64,000 nucleotides of DNA. Source: Oscillospiraceae bacterium (GTDB lineage: Bacteria; Bacillota; Clostridia; Oscillospirales; CAG-382). The translations under genes were made by a program, and so were the position numbers. Positions within the stretch are counted from its first letter, which is position 1. Each line of letters starts with the position of its first letter. Where the stretch lies: positions 42,255 to 106,254 of the forward strand of contig SVSD01000005.1 in assembly GCA_015064485.1 (NCBI GenBank), written 5' to 3'. The notes beneath the pieces are model-generated. The model saw only the letters and a program-made list of their open reading frames with translations. It made no database searches and was not told the DNA's origin. Positions 29,943-39,895 of this stretch are shown piece by piece.

Positions 29943-31409
29943 TTGAACACCAAAAAAATAGCATCAACCCTTATGGTTATTTCATTAACCGCCACTTCAC
30001 TTTTCTTCTCTTCTTGTGCACACACACATAAATACGGAGAGGAAAAGGTTTCAGAACCCACCTGCCTTGCTCAAGGCTTTAATTACCATCTTTGCGAGTA
30101 CTGCGGATATCTTGAATGTACAAGCGAAATACCACCGGTAGGCCATTCGTTTACTGTATGGAAAGACGATATAAGAAAGCTTAAAAAAGTTTCCGCTTGT
30201 GATCACTGCGGATTTTTGACAGAGGATTCAAATTATTCCGAACCCGCAAGCATTCCAAAACTTTATGCTTACGGAACTCCGAACGGAGATGAAGTCCGTA
30301 TAGAGTGCAGATATGCCACCACCATCGAATCAAAATTCCACGGATTGGTAAAACTTGATTCTAATCTTTCCAACTCATTTTACAAGAAAAATTACGATTT
30401 ATTCATTTTTACAAATGATACCAATCAAATCCCTATGAATATAACATTTGCAGACTCTATGGGAAGCAATTCTGCTTATGCTTTAAAAGCAGAATACATT
30501 GACAAGACTTCTGTAAGAAATCTGTCCGCATCAAGACTTTGGTACGAAGCAATAAAAACAAGAAATAATCTTTCTCCCACTTTAAAAACTCTTCCTTTTT
30601 TGGGTGCTGACGGCGGATTTCCGATTATATTCTATACAAACGATAATTTCAACGGAATTTATAATCTTTGTCTTCCTAACAATAAACTTATGTTTAATCT
30701 TTCAAGCGAAAAATCTGCTTTTGTATACACATATACAGCATTCGGAGAAATGGATTTCAGATATAGCGCCGGGGTTGATACATATGTCCCCTGTACAGTT
30801 ATATACCCCGAATCAAAAAGCGGAAAAGAATCAGCCAAGACAAAGTTTGAAAACTTTATGGATTTTGTAAACAACAGCTCTGATTTGGATTTCAAAGAGA
30901 ACATTCATAAACATATGGATATTGACGCGGCAATCGACTATCTTTTGTGCGTATATATGTTTGGTGCGGACAGTAATATAGTTGAATGTTGTAACTGGGT
31001 TTCATATGACGGCAATGTTTTTATACCTTCATTGTATAACCTTACTTTGAGCTTCGGAATTGACAGCAGCGGTTATTTAAAAGAAGCGGAAAATACTCTT
31101 ACTCCCCGTTTTGAAAACGGATTGTTGCGCTCAGGCACAAAATATATATTATGGGAAAAACTTTGTGCAGCCTTTCCGGACGAAATTTTTGAAAGATATG
31201 ACTATTTAAGAAATAATGTCCTCACAGAAGATAAGGTTGAAGAAGTTTTTCAAAATAATCTTTCAGCTATCAAAGCAGAGATTTATGAAGCGGAGTTTGA
31301 TGAATACCGCGACAAAAAGATTATGAACTGTCCCGAAACAGCAGAACAAATAAGAAACTGGTATTCTGAAAAATGTGCAATACTTGATAATGTTTTATTA
31401 AATAAATAA
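29943..31409 (+). CDS. CotH kinase-like lipoprotein
   Basis: Lipobox FSSC; Cys/His-rich N-terminal repeat; KKNY, LKAEYIDK..RN, NGIYNL, YNLTLSFG CotH-like motifs (catalytic motifs appear degenerate). Confidence 0.65.
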   Translation: MNTKKIASTLMVISLTATSLFFSSCAHTHKYGEEKVSEPTCLAQGFNYHLCEYCGYLECTSEIPPVGHSFTVWKDDIRKLKKVSACDHCGFLTEDSNYSEPASIPKLYAYGTPNGDEVRIECRYATTIESKFHGLVKLDSNLSNSFYKKNYDLFIFTNDTNQIPMNITFADSMGSNSAYALKAEYIDKTSVRNLSASRLWYEAIKTRNNLSPTLKTLPFLGADGGFPIIFYTNDNFNGIYNLCLPNNKLMFNLSSEKSAFVYTYTAFGEMDFRYSAGVDTYVPCTVIYPESKSGKESAKTKFENFMDFVNNSSDLDFKENIHKHMDIDAAIDYLLCVYMFGADSNIVECCNWVSYDGNVFIPSLYNLTLSFGIDSSGYLKEAENTLTPRFENGLLRSGTKYILWEKLCAAFPDEIFERYDYLRNNVLTEDKVEEVFQNNLSAIKAEIYEAEFDEYRDKKIMNCPETAEQIRNWYSEKCAILDNVLLNK

Positions 31410-31473
31410 TCCCCCCGAATAAAACTCTGAAGAAATGAAATAATACATATATCTTCAGAAAGGGGAAATTTAT

Positions 31474-31797
31474 ATGCCAGAAATCACCTGTAGTGCAGTT
31501 AAATGCACATATAACGCAAAAGGCTATTGCAGCCGTGAATATATAAGAATCGATGTGGATGATTGTGAAAGCGAAAACTGTTGTACTTGCTGCGACAGCT
31601 TTGCAGAAGAACATCACGGTTCAAACAGTTCGTATATCAATTCTATTGGCGAAGATGCCGGCGTTGAATGTTATGCTACAAGCTGTATATACAACGAAAA
31701 TTGTGAATGTGTTGCCGATTCCATAAATGTTGAAGGCGACGAAGCAGTTTGTTGTACAGATACTTTTTGCGACACTTATAAACCTGCAACTCATTAA
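31474..31797 (+). CDS. DUF1540-like Cys-rich small protein (two repeats)
   Basis: Two C-x4-C-x-YN-x3-C...CDS/TF repeats. Confidence 0.8.
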   Translation: MPEITCSAVKCTYNAKGYCSREYIRIDVDDCESENCCTCCDSFAEEHHGSNSSYINSIGEDAGVECYATSCIYNENCECVADSINVEGDEAVCCTDTFCDTYKPATH

Positions 31798-31844
31798 AGA
31801 TCAAATAACGGCGGCATTAATATATGCCGCCGTTATTTATTTCC

Positions 31845-31873
31845 TTGACAAATACATTTTGCTGTGATATAAT
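31845..31873 (+). promoter_or_regulatory. sigmaA promoter of tRNA-Pro
   Basis: TTGACA-17 bp-TATAAT with TG extension. Confidence 0.85.
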
Positions 31874-31898
31874 AACTGAGTGCAAAAAATAAATATTG

Positions 31899-31974
31899 CG
31901 GGGTGTAGCGCAGATGGTAGCGCGCTTGGTTTGGGACCAAGATGCCGCAGGTTCGAATCCTGTCACTCCGACCA
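31899..31974 (+). tRNA. tRNA-Pro (TGG)
   Basis: CGGGGTG acceptor stem, CTTGG-TT-TGG-GA-CCAAG anticodon arm, GTTCGAATC, ACCA end. Confidence 0.96.
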
Positions 31975-32269
31975 CTCAAAAGCCTCAACACGCATTATCG
32001 CGCGCTGAGGTTCTTTTTTATTTATATTTTGATTCTTGGTCTTGAAACTTAAAATGATATATTAAGAAAACTGCGAGACAGGCATGCAAATTAAAAGAAG
32101 TTAAGCGATAAGAAAAAAATATCTAATCTGTTATAACGCAAAACACCTACGGTCAAACATAAAAACATATGATGGTTTATCAATGTAAAATGTAATCGCA
32201 GAAAATGATAGTTTGCAAACACAAAGCGGTATACAAGTTATTCCCCCATGTGAGTTTCGTCATTACAGG

Positions 32270-32298
32270 TTGCAATATTAGCTTGTTTATGATATAAT
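32270..32298 (+). promoter_or_regulatory. sigmaA-like promoter of the GNAT gene
   Basis: TTGCAA-17 bp-TATAAT with TG extension. Confidence 0.65.
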
Positions 32299-32450
32299 AT
32301 CTTTACGGTGAAAACCGAATTTAATTTTTGGAGAACGCTGTTTGAAGAAAAACAACACCTTGGAAATTGTATTGTAAACGAGAGGTTTGCAAATACATTT
32401 CAGCAATCCTCTCGTATTTTGAGCGTCACAATATATGAAAGGATTTAAAA

Positions 32451-33104
32451 ATGAAAAATTTGACGATACGACAAGAGACTGAAAAAGACTTTAGAGCAGT
32501 AGAAGAATTGACACGCGAGGCGTTTTGGAATGTCTACAAGCCGGGTGCGGACGAACATTACTTTGTGCATATGATGAGAAATCATCCCGATTTCATTCCG
32601 GAGCTTGCTTTTGTGCTTGAAAAGGACGGCAAGATCATCGGCAACATTATGTATACAAAGGCTTGGCTTGAGGATGAAAACGGAGAACGCAAAGAGATAC
32701 TTTCTTTCGGTCCGCTTTGCGTGGCGCCCGAATACCAAAGGCAAAAGCTTGGCAAATTGCTGATTGAACACTCTTTTGAGGTGGCACGCAAGATGGGCTA
32801 CGATGTGAACATCAACTTCGGCAATCCCGGCAACTACACAAGCCGTGGATTTGTAAGCTGCAAAAAGAAAAATGTCAGCTTTATAGCCAACGGCAATTTC
32901 CCAACAGCACTTCTTGTTTGTGAGCTTATCCCCGGTGTGCTTGACGGAAAAAAGTGGATGTATATTCCCTCCTCTGCCGCCGATTGCTGCGAAGACATTT
33001 CCGCCATTGAAGCCTTTGATGCCACATTCACGCCGAAGGAAAAGAAGTGGATGCCCAGCCAAGAGGAGTTCTATATCTATAGCCATTCGTCTGTCGTAAG
33101 ATAA
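32451..33104 (+). CDS. GNAT family N-acetyltransferase (YhbS-like)
   Basis: TREAFWNVYKPG, FGPLCVAPEYQRQKLGK, GNPGNY..RGF. Confidence 0.9.
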   Translation: MKNLTIRQETEKDFRAVEELTREAFWNVYKPGADEHYFVHMMRNHPDFIPELAFVLEKDGKIIGNIMYTKAWLEDENGERKEILSFGPLCVAPEYQRQKLGKLLIEHSFEVARKMGYDVNINFGNPGNYTSRGFVSCKKKNVSFIANGNFPTALLVCELIPGVLDGKKWMYIPSSAADCCEDISAIEAFDATFTPKEKKWMPSQEEFYIYSHSSVVR

Positions 33105-33159
33105 ACGCAAGAGCCGATGAAGAATCATACTATTCTTCATCGGCTTTTTTATGCATATT

Positions 33160-33924
33160 TTATCTTTTCTTATAAATTACAAGCTCGGGATTTGCACCGT
33201 TTTCTTCGTAGGTACAGATAAGGATGAAATCCATATTGGCGACAACGCCGAAACATCGGTCACCGCCGAATTCGCACTCCAATTGATTGCCGAGATAGGT
33301 AGCGTTATCATCAAGGAATTTTACGGTTTTTCCGTTCGGAAGGCGGTATTCCAAATTGACATAACCTCCAACAAGAGCATTTAGCTTGTCAGCCTTGGGC
33401 ATTCCCTCCGCGCCGAGAGCATTGATCTCGTCGATCAACTTATGCTTAAACTCCTCAAATTTACCGCCGTCATCAAGGCTTTTATATTTCTTCCAATAGT
33501 CAAGGCTGTTAAGCTTTTCCTTCATATACTCACGAACCTGCTCGGAGGAAAACTGTTCGCTTGACATTGTTTTGACACAGACCTCAATCAGATCGTCCAT
33601 GTTGTGATACATATACTCGCCGTCGGCATAACACCATTTACAATATTCCTCGTTAAAAAATCCGTCTTTTTCTGTGCTGATGTTGGTATCTTTCAATGGC
33701 ATACCGCAGCATTGACAAACAAGTTCCCGCGGAGAGCCGAGAAGAGTATTGATCGACACACCAAAGAGTTTTGACAGTAGCTTCAGAGTTTCGGTATTGG
33801 GTATAGTCTCGCCGGTTTCCCAACGGCTGACCGCCTGACGAGTGACAAACACCTTTTCCGCAAGCTCTTCCTGCGAGAGTCCGTTTTTCGTTCTAAGTTC
33901 ACGAATAATATCTTTTGTTTCCAT
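33160..33924 (-). CDS. XRE-family regulator with zinc-ribbon domain
   Basis: LSQEELAEKVFVTRQAVSRWETG HTH; CQCCGMP...EYCKWCY zinc ribbon. Confidence 0.88.
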   Translation of the reverse strand: METKDIIRELRTKNGLSQEELAEKVFVTRQAVSRWETGETIPNTETLKLLSKLFGVSINTLLGSPRELVCQCCGMPLKDTNISTEKDGFFNEEYCKWCYADGEYMYHNMDDLIEVCVKTMSSEQFSSEQVREYMKEKLNSLDYWKKYKSLDDGGKFEEFKHKLIDEINALGAEGMPKADKLNALVGGYVNLEYRLPNGKTVKFLDDNATYLGNQLECEFGGDRCFGVVANMDFILICTYEENGANPELVIYKKR

Positions 33925-34083
33925 ATATTTTACCGCCTTTATTTACTGCGGTTTTATTATAGCAGACAATAATATAAAAAACAAGCAACAGGCTGTTGCT
34001 GTCATTTTCATTTATCTTCTGCGGGGAAAATTCATTAAGGAAAAAATTCACTTTTGCCATAGATATTTCATCCCATAAACAGT

Positions 34084-34281
34084 TTAAATCAGATAATCTG
34101 TTTTATCATATGAAACGATGCTGCTGACATATCTGTTCATCTCTTCTTTAGACCTTACAGTATGTGTACCTGCGATTATTTTCTGCTTCTTATCTTCACT
34201 GAGCATCGCGAATTTCTGCATAGCCTCGGGATTCATTGCAAGTGCCATAGAAAAGCCTATCGGCATTTCTTCTCGATCCAT
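34084..34281 (-). CDS. Small hypothetical protein
   Basis: GGAGGTG RBS; MPIGFSMALAMNPEAM...SKEEM pattern familiar from clostridial small proteins. Confidence 0.7.
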   Translation of the reverse strand: MDREEMPIGFSMALAMNPEAMQKFAMLSEDKKQKIIAGTHTVRSKEEMNRYVSSIVSYDKTDYLI

Positions 34282-34399
34282 ATTTTCACCTCCTGTTTAA
34301 TATATCTTGTTTTTTTAATTATAAAATATGCATCAAAATTCACGGATAAACTCATATTGTGATGTTAAAAATAAAACTGTACTTATCGGAGGTGAATTT

Positions 34400-36340
34400 A
34401 TGAGCAATCATTTAAAAAATGAAACAAGTCCATACTTGCTTCAGCACAAGGATAACCCTGTCGATTGGTATCCTTGGAGCAACGAAGCTTTTGAAATGGC
34501 AAAAACACAAGATAAACCGGTGTTTTTAAGTATCGGATACAGTGCATGTCATTGGTGCCATGTTTTTTCCCGTGAAAGCTTTGAAGACGAAGAAATCGCA
34601 GATATTTTAAATAAACACTTTATTTCGATCAAAGTAGATAAAGAAGAAAGACCCGATATTGACAGTGTATATATGTCAGTCTGCCAGGCGTTTACAGGAA
34701 GCGGCGGCTGGCCGACAAGTATATTTATGACATGTGAACAAATGCCGTTTTTTGCCGGAACTTATTTCCCAAGAATTTCACACGCAGGGATGATCGGCTT
34801 TCGCGAGCTTCTTCTTGCAATACACGAAAAATGGGTTTCAGACCGTGAATCGCTGTTAAATCAATCGTATAAGATAGTAAAATATCTTAATACTCCCCAA
34901 CCTACTACAGATAAGGATAAACTTAACCTGCCCGATCTTGCTGTTTCTCACTACGAACAGCTATTTGATGAAAAATACGGAGGGTTCGGAAGAGCTCCTA
35001 AATTTCCTACGCCCCACAATATATTGTTTTTATTTGATTATTATGTTCGGTACAAAAAATCATCCTGTCTTTTTATGGCCAAAAAAACCCTTCTTGCAAT
35101 GTACCGGGGAGGTCTGTTTGACCATATAGGTTTTGGCTTTTGCCGCTATTCCACCGACAATAAATTTTTAGTTCCGCATTTCGAAAAAATGCTGTATGAT
35201 AATGCTCTTTTGATACTTGCATATTGCAAAGCATACACTGTAACCAAAAACAAATTATATCTTGAAACAGCAAAAAAAACAGCAGGTTTTATTATTCGCA
35301 ATATGACATCGACATACGGTGGATATTTCAGCTCATATGATGCTGACAGCGAAGGTGAAGAAGGAAAATATTATACTTTTGCTCCCGACGAGATCAATAA
35401 GCTGTTGGGTAAAGAAAAGGGCGAGCTTTTTAACCGCAGATATGATATATCTCAAACAGGTAATTTCGAAGGAAAAAGCATTCCCAATCTTTTAAAAAGC
35501 GATCCCGGCGATAACTCGTTTGATACAATTCTTCCAATAATAGAGAATTACAGAAAAAGACGCTCTGCACTTCATCGTGACGAGAAAATACTAACATCCT
35601 GGAACAGCCTTATGATTGCCGCTATGTGTAAACTCTTTCTTATCAGCAAAAATGATAAATACCTGGATTCAGCGAAATTTGCGGATGATTTTTTACAAAA
35701 AAATCTTTTTAACGGCGATGAACTTTATGTAAGCTATCATTCAGGGAAATTGGGTGTTCGCGGGTTTCTTGACGACTATGCTTCATACATTTTTGCACAG
35801 CTTTCGCTTTACCGCACAACTTTGGAACAAAAGTATTTTGAAAGAGCAAAAGCATTATGCGATAAAGTTATATCCGATTTCGGTGACGCAGATGGCGGAT
35901 TTTATTTATACAGCAACAAACACGAAAATTTGATCCTTTGCCAGAAAGAAACTTATGACGGTGCTATTCCAAGCGGAAACTCACTTATGTTTTTTAATCT
36001 TGTGCGCTTATCACTTATGACCGATGATAATAAATATAAAGATGCTATGCAGTTACAGCTTGAATTTCTCACTCCGTATGCTTCTCAAACCCCGACAGGC
36101 TATGGTATGTTTTTAAAAGGATATCTCGAGCATATAAAACCTCCGTTGAAAATCACGGTTGTTGCGGATGGAAATACTGAAGAAAGTAATATTGCACTTT
36201 CTCTCCCTTCGGATGCAATAATTATTTTTATTGAAAAGGCAAGTGAAAAATATCCTTTAAAAAACGGTATGACAACATATTATGCCTGTCACGGAAACAG
36301 ATGTCTTCCTCCCACAAATTCTCCGGAAGAAGTATTTTAA
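34400..36340 (+). CDS. YyaL/SSP411-like thioredoxin-domain protein
   Basis: [43 protein letters not shown]; GGAGG RBS before ATG 34400. Confidence 0.92.
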   Translation: MSNHLKNETSPYLLQHKDNPVDWYPWSNEAFEMAKTQDKPVFLSIGYSACHWCHVFSRESFEDEEIADILNKHFISIKVDKEERPDIDSVYMSVCQAFTGSGGWPTSIFMTCEQMPFFAGTYFPRISHAGMIGFRELLLAIHEKWVSDRESLLNQSYKIVKYLNTPQPTTDKDKLNLPDLAVSHYEQLFDEKYGGFGRAPKFPTPHNILFLFDYYVRYKKSSCLFMAKKTLLAMYRGGLFDHIGFGFCRYSTDNKFLVPHFEKMLYDNALLILAYCKAYTVTKNKLYLETAKKTAGFIIRNMTSTYGGYFSSYDADSEGEEGKYYTFAPDEINKLLGKEKGELFNRRYDISQTGNFEGKSIPNLLKSDPGDNSFDTILPIIENYRKRRSALHRDEKILTSWNSLMIAAMCKLFLISKNDKYLDSAKFADDFLQKNLFNGDELYVSYHSGKLGVRGFLDDYASYIFAQLSLYRTTLEQKYFERAKALCDKVISDFGDADGGFYLYSNKHENLILCQKETYDGAIPSGNSLMFFNLVRLSLMTDDNKYKDAMQLQLEFLTPYASQTPTGYGMFLKGYLEHIKPPLKITVVADGNTEESNIALSLPSDAIIIFIEKASEKYPLKNGMTTYYACHGNRCLPPTNSPEEVF

Positions 36341-36402
36341 AAATTATAAAGCCGATATTACTATATATTTCTGTAATATCGGCTTTTGATCTATACGAAT
36401 CT

Positions 36403-37710
36403 TTATTCTCCTATTTCCGGTTTATCATCCGTTGCAGGATTATCAATAAGTTCTCCCATTTCAGTAAAACGAGAGCCGTGACAAGGACAGTCCCAGGAAT
36501 GCTCGGCACTGTTATATACAAGAGCACAACCAAGATGAGGGCATCTTGGTGTTGTCGGTCTTAAAATCCCCGAAACCGACTCAAAGGCGTTTAAAGCAAG
36601 CTGGGGATGTAACATAGTTCTATACGGTAAAAAAGATTTTGCATAAATATTCGTTTTTCCGCACACAAGATCACATAATATACCTGCGGATACCATTGCG
36701 TTTGTCATTCCCCATTTATTAAATCCAGTTGCTACAAAAACATTGGGAGTTGATTTAGAATACCGACCTATATATGGAATACCGTCAAGAGTCATACAGT
36801 CCTGCGTCGCCCATTTTGAAACGATTTGAGCTTTGGGATAGTGTTCTTTTGCAAATTTTTCAAGCTCCTGCCAGCAGCCGCCTTTTTTGCCTGTGCGGTG
36901 TGCACCGCCTCCGAGAAGCAAAAGATTTTCAAAGCTTCGGAAAGACAGTCCTGTATCCGACTCATCCACATACATTCCTTTAATTTCCTGTGCATCCTTT
37001 AAAGCAAGGACATACGAACGGTGTTGGTATAGTTTAAAAAAATATCCGCCGTGTTTATTCAAAATCGGGAAATGCGTTGCAATAATAAGCTTTTTATAAT
37101 TTATAACACCTTTATCGGTAACTGCTTTTCCGGGCTTTAGCTCTATAACTTTAGTATTCTCATAAATCGGCAAATCTTTTGATATGGAATATAAAAATTT
37201 CAATGGATGAAACTGTGCCTGATTTTTAACACAAACAGCACCTGCAACATTAAACGGAAGCTCTTTTACATCAGAGTTTAACGCTTTTACTCCAAGTAGG
37301 TTTAGCGCTTCCTTTTCTCTTTCTGTCTTTTTTCTGTCATTCAACGAATATACATACGAATCTCTTACTTCATAGTTACAATCAATTTTGCTACAAAGGT
37401 TTTCATATTCTTTACAAGCAATAATCTGCGCATCTAAATAAAGCTTTGCTTTTTCTTTACCATATTCTTTGATTATTTTGTCATAAATCAGTCCATGCTG
37501 CAAAGTTATCTTTGCAGTTGTATTTTTTGTTATACCTTGACATACTTCCGATGCTTCCGCCAGCAAACAATCGACGCCGGCCTTTTTTAGTTTATAAGCA
37601 CATAATATTCCCGCAATTCCTCCGCCGATTATCAGAACTTCTGTTTTTTTGTTGCCGTTTAGCGGATCAAATCTTACAAACTTCGCGTTTTGCTGCCAAA
37701 CCGATTCCAT
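36403..37710 (-). CDS. FAD-dependent oxidoreductase with C-terminal Rieske domain (YhfW-like)
   Basis: IIGGGIAG, TGFNKWGMT, CPHLGC...WDCPCHGSRF. Confidence 0.9.
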   Translation of the reverse strand: MESVWQQNAKFVRFDPLNGNKKTEVLIIGGGIAGILCAYKLKKAGVDCLLAEASEVCQGITKNTTAKITLQHGLIYDKIIKEYGKEKAKLYLDAQIIACKEYENLCSKIDCNYEVRDSYVYSLNDRKKTEREKEALNLLGVKALNSDVKELPFNVAGAVCVKNQAQFHPLKFLYSISKDLPIYENTKVIELKPGKAVTDKGVINYKKLIIATHFPILNKHGGYFFKLYQHRSYVLALKDAQEIKGMYVDESDTGLSFRSFENLLLLGGGAHRTGKKGGCWQELEKFAKEHYPKAQIVSKWATQDCMTLDGIPYIGRYSKSTPNVFVATGFNKWGMTNAMVSAGILCDLVCGKTNIYAKSFLPYRTMLHPQLALNAFESVSGILRPTTPRCPHLGCALVYNSAEHSWDCPCHGSRFTEMGELIDNPATDDKPEIGE

Positions 37711-37875
37711 TATATTCCCTCCGTACTTTAATATTATAAGTGTTTGTCTTAACAGGCAAAATATACACATTATATTATTTGATAAAAAACTGAATTTCTT
37801 AACAGCAATATAAATTGCGAATATTATTTGATAAAAAAGAAAAAATAAATATCAGAAACAGTCGGAGGTAATAAT

Positions 37876-38541
37876 ATGTTTAAACACGAAAAAATGCTTT
37901 TTCATCCTGTAGCGGTAGAAAAACCCAACCCTCAGTACGCTGTACTTTTACAAGAACAGCTCGGCGGCGGTAACGGTGAATTGAAAGCTGCGATGCAGTA
38001 TATGTCACAAAGCTTCAGAATAAAAGACCCTGAGATCAAGGATCTGTTCCTTGATATTGCGGCAGAGGAGCTCGGTCATATGGAAATGGTGGCACAAACC
38101 ATCAATCTTTTAAACGGCCACGATGTAGATGCTGGGAAGGTTGCCGCAGGAGAAATACAGACGCATGTAATTCTCGGGCTCAATCCCGGTCTTATAAATT
38201 CTTCGGGATATTCCTGGACTGCCGATTATGTTACGGTCACAGGCGATCTTTGTGCGGATCTGCTAAGCAATATCGCATCCGAACAACGCGCAAAGGTTGT
38301 ATACGAATACCTTTACAGACAGATAGAAGATAAAAAAGTAAGGGAAACTATCGATTTTCTCTTGAACCGAGAAGAAGCTCATAATCAGATGTTCCGTGAT
38401 GCATTTAACAAAGTGCAGAATTCCGGTTCTAACCGCGATTTCGGCACAACTCAAGCGGCAAAAATGTACTTTTCGATGTCAGATCCCGGTCCTAACGCCT
38501 TTGCTACAGGCGAAACCAAGCCTGTTTCCTTCAACAAATAA
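37876..38541 (+). CDS. Manganese catalase family protein
   Basis: LQEQLGGGNGEL, DIAAEELGHMEM, NIASEQRA, REEAH. Confidence 0.92.
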   Translation: MFKHEKMLFHPVAVEKPNPQYAVLLQEQLGGGNGELKAAMQYMSQSFRIKDPEIKDLFLDIAAEELGHMEMVAQTINLLNGHDVDAGKVAAGEIQTHVILGLNPGLINSSGYSWTADYVTVTGDLCADLLSNIASEQRAKVVYEYLYRQIEDKKVRETIDFLLNREEAHNQMFRDAFNKVQNSGSNRDFGTTQAAKMYFSMSDPGPNAFATGETKPVSFNK

Positions 38542-38650
38542 AAATTTAACCTCTCGGTCTTTTGTTCCGGGAGGTTAAATTTTTAAATTGTACTAACACA
38601 GTTTTTATGTGCATACAATTAAAAAAACACATAGACAGGCGGTATAAAAT

Positions 38651-39181
38651 ATGAAACGAAATCTGTCGCTTTGGCAATTTGCAGGTTTTGCATTTACTTC
38701 ACTATTCGGAACAATACTTCATTTTCTCTATGACTGGACAAATAAGAGTATTCTTATTGCACCTTTTTCGGGGGTCAACGAATCCACATGGGAACATATG
38801 AAGCTACTGTATTTTCCGATATTTGTCTTTGCACTCATACAAAGCCGTTCCTTTAAAGACTGTAAAAAATTCTGGTGCGTAAAACTATCGGGTATTATAA
38901 CCGGTCTTTCACTTATACCTATGTTGTTTTATACTTATAACGGGGCTGTAGGAAGATCACCCGATTGGCTTAATATTGCAATATTTTTTATATCTGCAGC
39001 AATAGCTTTCTATATAGAAACACGCCTTTTTAAGAATTGTAGTTTGGAATGTTATAGTCCCAGATTTTCATTGTTGATGTTGTGTGTGATCGGGGTTTTA
39101 TTTATAGTTTTTACATTTCAAACACCGAAAATACCCTTTTTTCAAGATCCGCTGACCGGAACATACGGATTGCAGTTTTAA
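38651..39181 (+). CDS. Membrane protein (DUF6512-like)
   Basis: GTILHFLYDW...NESTWEHMKL motif; several TM segments. Confidence 0.7.
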   Translation: MKRNLSLWQFAGFAFTSLFGTILHFLYDWTNKSILIAPFSGVNESTWEHMKLLYFPIFVFALIQSRSFKDCKKFWCVKLSGIITGLSLIPMLFYTYNGAVGRSPDWLNIAIFFISAAIAFYIETRLFKNCSLECYSPRFSLLMLCVIGVLFIVFTFQTPKIPFFQDPLTGTYGLQF

Positions 39182-39232
39182 GCTGAAATTGCGGGATTGC
39201 CTCAAACAGCAATCCCGCAATTTACTTTTTTC

Positions 39233-39883
39233 TTAATTCATTTTAGAAAGCTTTGCAGTATCTGCAATAACAATAAGTGACATATCAGCAGTTAAGACAG
39301 TCGAAGGGTCAACTACAACATTGACGCTTTCGCCAACCTTAATAGCCACAATATTAAAACCGTATTTCTTACGAAAATTCAAATCAATTATACTTTTACC
39401 GATCCATTCTTCTCTGATCTCGATTTCCACAATAGAAACATTTTTTGACAAGGATAGCATATCCATAAAACCCGAACTGAGCATATTTCTTGCCAGGCGT
39501 ATACCGGATTCGTTTTCGGGGAAAACAACTTTATCAGCACCGACACGAAGCAGTATTTTTTGATGCATTTCGTTAGCACATTTTGCTATTACTGTTTTGA
39601 CGCCTACTTCCTTACAAAGAGTAACCGTCATAACCCCTGCCTCAAGATTACTTGCCATACAAACAATTACAGTATCAATATCAGCAATTCCCAAACGGCG
39701 AATAACCTCAATATCTGTTACATCGGCGCATTTACATATAGGTAAAAAGGCGGCAGCATCATTAACAATATCTTGATCGGAATCAACAGCTATAACTTCC
39801 ATTCCGTTTTCAACAAGCTCTCTTGCGACAGCCACACCGTATCTTCCAAGTCCAAAAACAGCGTATGTATTCTTTTTTCGCAT
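39233..39883 (-). CDS. ktrA: KtrA/TrkA potassium uptake regulatory subunit
   Basis: VFGLGRYG RCK_N motif, GADKVVFPE, RCK_C domain. Confidence 0.88.
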   Translation of the reverse strand: MRKKNTYAVFGLGRYGVAVARELVENGMEVIAVDSDQDIVNDAAAFLPICKCADVTDIEVIRRLGIADIDTVIVCMASNLEAGVMTVTLCKEVGVKTVIAKCANEMHQKILLRVGADKVVFPENESGIRLARNMLSSGFMDMLSLSKNVSIVEIEIREEWIGKSIIDLNFRKKYGFNIVAIKVGESVNVVVDPSTVLTADMSLIVIADTAKLSKMN

Positions 39884-39895
39884 TTTAAATCTCCT

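Noticed and set aside
32445-33140. 231-aa minus-strand ORF
   Set aside because: Fully overlaps the GNAT gene, which has clear motifs and an RBS
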